A stretch of 64,000 nucleotides of DNA from the human T2T-CHM13v2.0 reference genome, Homo sapiens. The stretch lies in the NCBI RefSeq assembly GCF_009914755.1, contig NC_060928.1. One strand, 5' to 3'. Position 1 is the first letter of the stretch; each line of letters begins with the position of its first letter. Made by a program: the position numbers and the translations under genes. Shown piece by piece: positions 58,403 to 64,000 of the stretch. The notes beneath the pieces are model-generated. The model saw only the letters and a list, made by a program, of their open reading frames with translations, was not told where the DNA came from and ran no database searches.

Positions 58403-58466
58403 GATAATCTGAATAGTCCTATGTAACATGTGTGTATACATGTTACATAGGACTATTCAGATTATC
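58403..58466. repeat. Perfect palindrome, 29-bp arms, 6-nt spacer
   Basis: gataatctgaatagtcctatgtaacatgt-gtgtat-acatgttacataggactattcagattatc. Confidence 0.97.
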
Positions 58467-58474
58467 CTGAACTT

Positions 58475-58924
58475 TGTTATGGAGGGAGACAGACAGACAG
58501 AGAGAGAGAGAGAGAAGAGACTGATTGATTATAATAATTAGCTCACGGAATTATGGGGCCTGGCAAGTCCAAAATCTGCAAAGAGGAGAAGAAGGCTAGA
58601 GACCCAGGAAAGTTGATGCTGCCATTCTAGTCTGATTGCCATCTGCTGTAGAGCCAGGAAGATCCAATGTTGCAGGTGAGATCCAAAGGCAGTCTGCTGA
58701 AGAACTCTCTCTTGCTTAGATTAGGGTAGGCAGTTTTTTTGTTCTATTCAACCCTTCAGCTGATTAGATGAGACTTTGGAAGACAATTTGCCTTCCTCAA
58801 AGTTCATAGATTTAATTTTAATCTCATTAAAAACACTTTCATGAAAACACCCAGAATAATGTTTGAACAAATATCTGGGCATACCATGGTCTAGCCAAGT
58901 TGACACATAAAATTAGCCATCACA
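58475..58924 (-). mobile_element. MLT2 (ERVL) LTR
   Basis: ggcaagtccaaaatctgc...ctagccaagttgacacataaaattagccatcaca. Confidence 0.88.
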
Positions 58925-59741
58925 GACTATATCTACTAAAGAAATTAAATCAATAACCAATAACTGAAAAACAGAAAGCACCAGACACAGATAGTTTCAT
59001 TGCGAATTCTACCAAATATCTAAGGAATAAATAATACCAATTCTTTACAATCTCTTCCAGAAACTGAAAGTGAAGGGAACACTTCCTAGTTTATTTTATT
59101 AAGCCACCATTACCCTAATACCAAACCAGATAAAGACATTACAAGTAGGGAAAACTACAGACTAATATATTTCATAAACATAGATGCAAAAATTCTCAAC
59201 AAAATATTAGCAAGTCATATCCAACAATGTATATAAAGAATTATATATCACAAGCAAGTGGGATTTATATCAGGTATGCAAGGCTGCTTCAACATTTGAC
59301 AATCATTTCATCTAACTAATTACATTAATAGGCTAAAGGTGAAAAATTATATGGTCACATCAGCTGATGCAAAGAAAAACTTGACAAAATACAATACCTT
59401 TTCAAAATAAAAACTCTCAGAAAACTAAGAATAGAGACAGCTTCCTCAAGTCGATAAAGAACATCTATTATAAAAAAAATGGCTAACATCATACTTAATG
59501 ATGAGAAACAGATGACTTCTCCGTAAGATCGGATCAAGACAAAAATGTTTCCTCTCCTATTCAACATCATACTGGAAGTCCTAGAAAGTGCAGTAAGACA
59601 AGAAAAGGAAATAAAAGATACACAGATTGGGAAAGGAGAAATCAGATTGTTTTGTTTGCAGATGACATGATTGATTATTTAGAAAATTCCAAAGAATTGA
59701 TAACGACAAAAAAACTTAGAGGTAATAATCTGATTTTTAAA

Positions 59742-60968
<1,227 letters not shown>

Positions 60969-63900
60969 CTAAAATGGGCTAATATCTGTACAGACATCTC
61001 ACCAAAAAAGATATAAAGACAGCAAATAACTGTGTGAATAGATAGATGTGCAACATCATATGTAATTAGAAAACTGAAAATTCGATCAACAGTGGGATAT
61101 CCTACACACCTATTGGAATGGCTAAAATCAAAACAACTGACAGTAAATGGAACTTATTCATTGCTGGTGAGAATTTAAAATGATACATCCACCTTGAAGA
61201 CAGTTTGGCAGTTTCTTACAATACTTGACATATTCTTACCATATGATCCAGTAATCATGCTCCCAAGTATTTACCTAATTGAGTTGAAAACTTATGTCCA
61301 CACAAAAAGTTGTGCAGGGATGTTTATAGCAGTTTTATTCATAATTGCCTAAACTTGGAAGCAACCAAGATGTTTTTCGGTAGGTAATAAATAAACTGTG
61401 GTACATTCATACAATGAAATATTATTCACCAATAAAAAGAAAGGCACTATCAAACAATGAAAAGACATAGAGAACCCCTAAATGCATATTGAAAGAAGCT
61501 AGTTTGAAAAGACTATTTACTGTATGATTCCAACTAAATGACATTTTAAAAAGGCAAAACTATAAATACAATAAAAAGATCAGTGGTTGCCAGGGGTTTA
61601 GGGGGAAAAGGGGAAAGATAAGTAAAGGAAGGGTGGTAAAACTATTTTGTATGATGCTGCAATGGTGAATATACAATATGATGTGTTTGTCCAAACCCAT
61701 AGAACTGTACAACATAAAGCTTACCCTTATGTTAACATAGAACATAAACCTTAATGTAGGCATACTAAAACATCATTTTGGAGGTTGATGATCCCAGAAA
61801 AGAATGCAGACTGTGACAAGAGAATCCATCTGAATTACAAAATGTGCAAAATAACCTCACTGAAGGGGCTGGGGGAAAATGTATTGACCTAAGCAACTTC
61901 AGAAATGAATCCAGTCTATAAAACTGAAGGCAAAAGAAACTGCACATAAACATTGTTCTCTAGTTGATACTGTTGCCTCCCATGGGAGCATAGGTTAACA
62001 CTTCTGACATTCCTATATATGTATACTGGAACTGAACAATTAAGTAACTCAATGGCAGGTGATGAAAGCCAGGTTTTTCACTGTTGAGGTGGAAGCTTTT
62101 AGATACACAAGACAGGAGGTTATAATGATCCATGTGGTAATAGATTAGAGTGGGAACATCAGGAAGAATTCATGTTTAACTCAATATATATCCAAATTAT
62201 TACACAAATAAATACTTATAGATATGTTTATATACATGGTTAGCACACACACAAACAATCCAATGCTTTGTTGGCTGAGAGGACCTAAAAGAAACAACAC
62301 CCCAGTAGCAACGAGCACACATAGGACCCAGATCTTGGTTTCTAGTACTATTCTCCGATAAAAAAACAAGGGCTTATTGAAGAAATGGCTGATTCTAGGA
62401 CTTGGGCAGGAAATACATGAGTCAGGAATACCTTGTAGTGCCAGAAAGTAAGAAAGTGCTCAAAAAGGAAAAAACAAACAAACCCTAATGATGGCAGTAT
62501 GTTGAAGTAACATAGGCGCCAATTGAAGAGCTCTCAATGGCCAAAGCCTGAATAATTTGGGCAATATGATATATGAAGTATTATAGGATTGTAACTCAAA
62601 GTATAAAATAAATATCCATGAGTCCATAGTGATCCAAATAAATGATTGGATAAATTAATGATTGAGGAAGAAGAGACAAGTCTTCTATGAAGAATTCCAA
62701 ATAAATTAGGTAGATACTTCATCCTAATATAGGGGGATCATGACTCCTCACTCCTGAAATATAGGATGCACATATTGTCTTCCCTCCAAAGAGTGCAGTA
62801 TAGAAAGATAGATGAAAAGAGTAACTTCACAGTGGAGAAAAACTGAAAAACACTAATTGCGCTAGGTAATTGAGGTCAATATCAACAGTCATATTAATAA
62901 ATCATGTAGATAGTATAATATGATTAACAAGTATTTTAACTTTGTGATCTTCCTTCCAAAAACTGAAACTATCTAATTATGAGAAAAACACTGGACAAGT
63001 TCCCATTAAGGAGCATCCTACCGTAATCCTGACCAATACCCCTCACAGCTGTCAATGTCATCAAAAATTAGGTAAGGCTAAGAAACTCACAGCCAAGAGA
63101 AGCCTAAGGAGACATAGAACTAAATGTAAGATGGTATGCTGAAATAAGAAAAGGATACTAGGACAAAAAATAAGAAAATCTGAATAAGCTATGGGCTTTA
63201 ATTAATAATAATGTTCCAGTATTTGTTCATTAGTGGTAATTAAGGTACCATACTAACGTAAGAAATTAATAACAGAGGAAAATTGGGTGAGGACTCTCCA
63301 TATGGGAACTTTCTGTACTATCTGCTCAATTTTTTTGTAAATCTAAAACTCTTCTAAAAAACTACATCTACTTTTCTTAAAAACAGTTAGAAATTGAATT
63401 ATTGGCTTTTAAGTGTCAGCTCTTTCTCTTTTCTTTAATAATGGAATCTAACATCATTAAAGTAGAAAAGTTGTCCTTCCAGTGTCCTATGTGGTATTCC
63501 TCTTTAAGTGTGAGATCACCTGATCCAATCTCTAATAATAGTAAAGCAAGGTCAGAACTTTTGGCCACAAATGAAAAATCCTACATCAAAAATTTTACAT
63601 TTTGGGGGTAGGAGAAGGAAGACATATAGGAATTCTAATACTGGAGGACTTCAAGATTTCAAACACTTATAATTTATAAAGTTAAAATCCAATTTAAAAA
63701 CCACCACTGTGGCATTTTCCAAGATGTTAATGTCATCATTCTTTTGCAGAAATAAATAAAATTAAAAGGACTTTAAACTTAACTTCCAAGTGCATGGAGG
63801 ACACTACCACATTTGAATAAGCTCCATCGAACTCGCTTAATTTTAGCATGCTTGCCAAGTACCTATTCTCCTGGCTTTTCAGTTGGATGTGATTGTGGCT

Positions 63901-64000
63901 AACCTGGGGCTCTTAGGAAATGACTGCTCCATTGTGCAAAGGTAGAAACGAAGTCCAGTGGATGTGTGAATGCTACATCAGGCTGTTGCCCTTGTGCTTT

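Overview
Primate (human-like) non-coding DNA dominated by transposable elements: about 16 Alu/FLAM copies, old L1 fragments, a near full-length Tigger2, MaLR/ERV1/ERVL LTRs, two ERVL internal remnants, MIR/L2/MER. I found no intact host protein-coding gene; the long ORFs in the track come from repeats or antisense strands. The main discovery is a decayed endogenous bornavirus-like glycoprotein element (EBLG) on the minus strand at about 26662-25220. It is split by two Alus and ends in an A-rich tail. Reading across frameshifts gives about 10 collinear motifs matching roughly aa 38-300 of Borna disease virus G; that reference was recalled from memory, so tBLASTn confirmation is needed. Other notable items: a CpG island with tandem GC boxes (about 49.55-50.16 kb), a ~120-bp inverted duplication 2.65 kb apart, a perfect 29-bp-arm palindrome at an L1/MLT2 junction, and a TSD-flanked L1 lacking its 3' half. 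Repeat subfamily names are by-eye and boundaries approximate unless a TSD is quoted.
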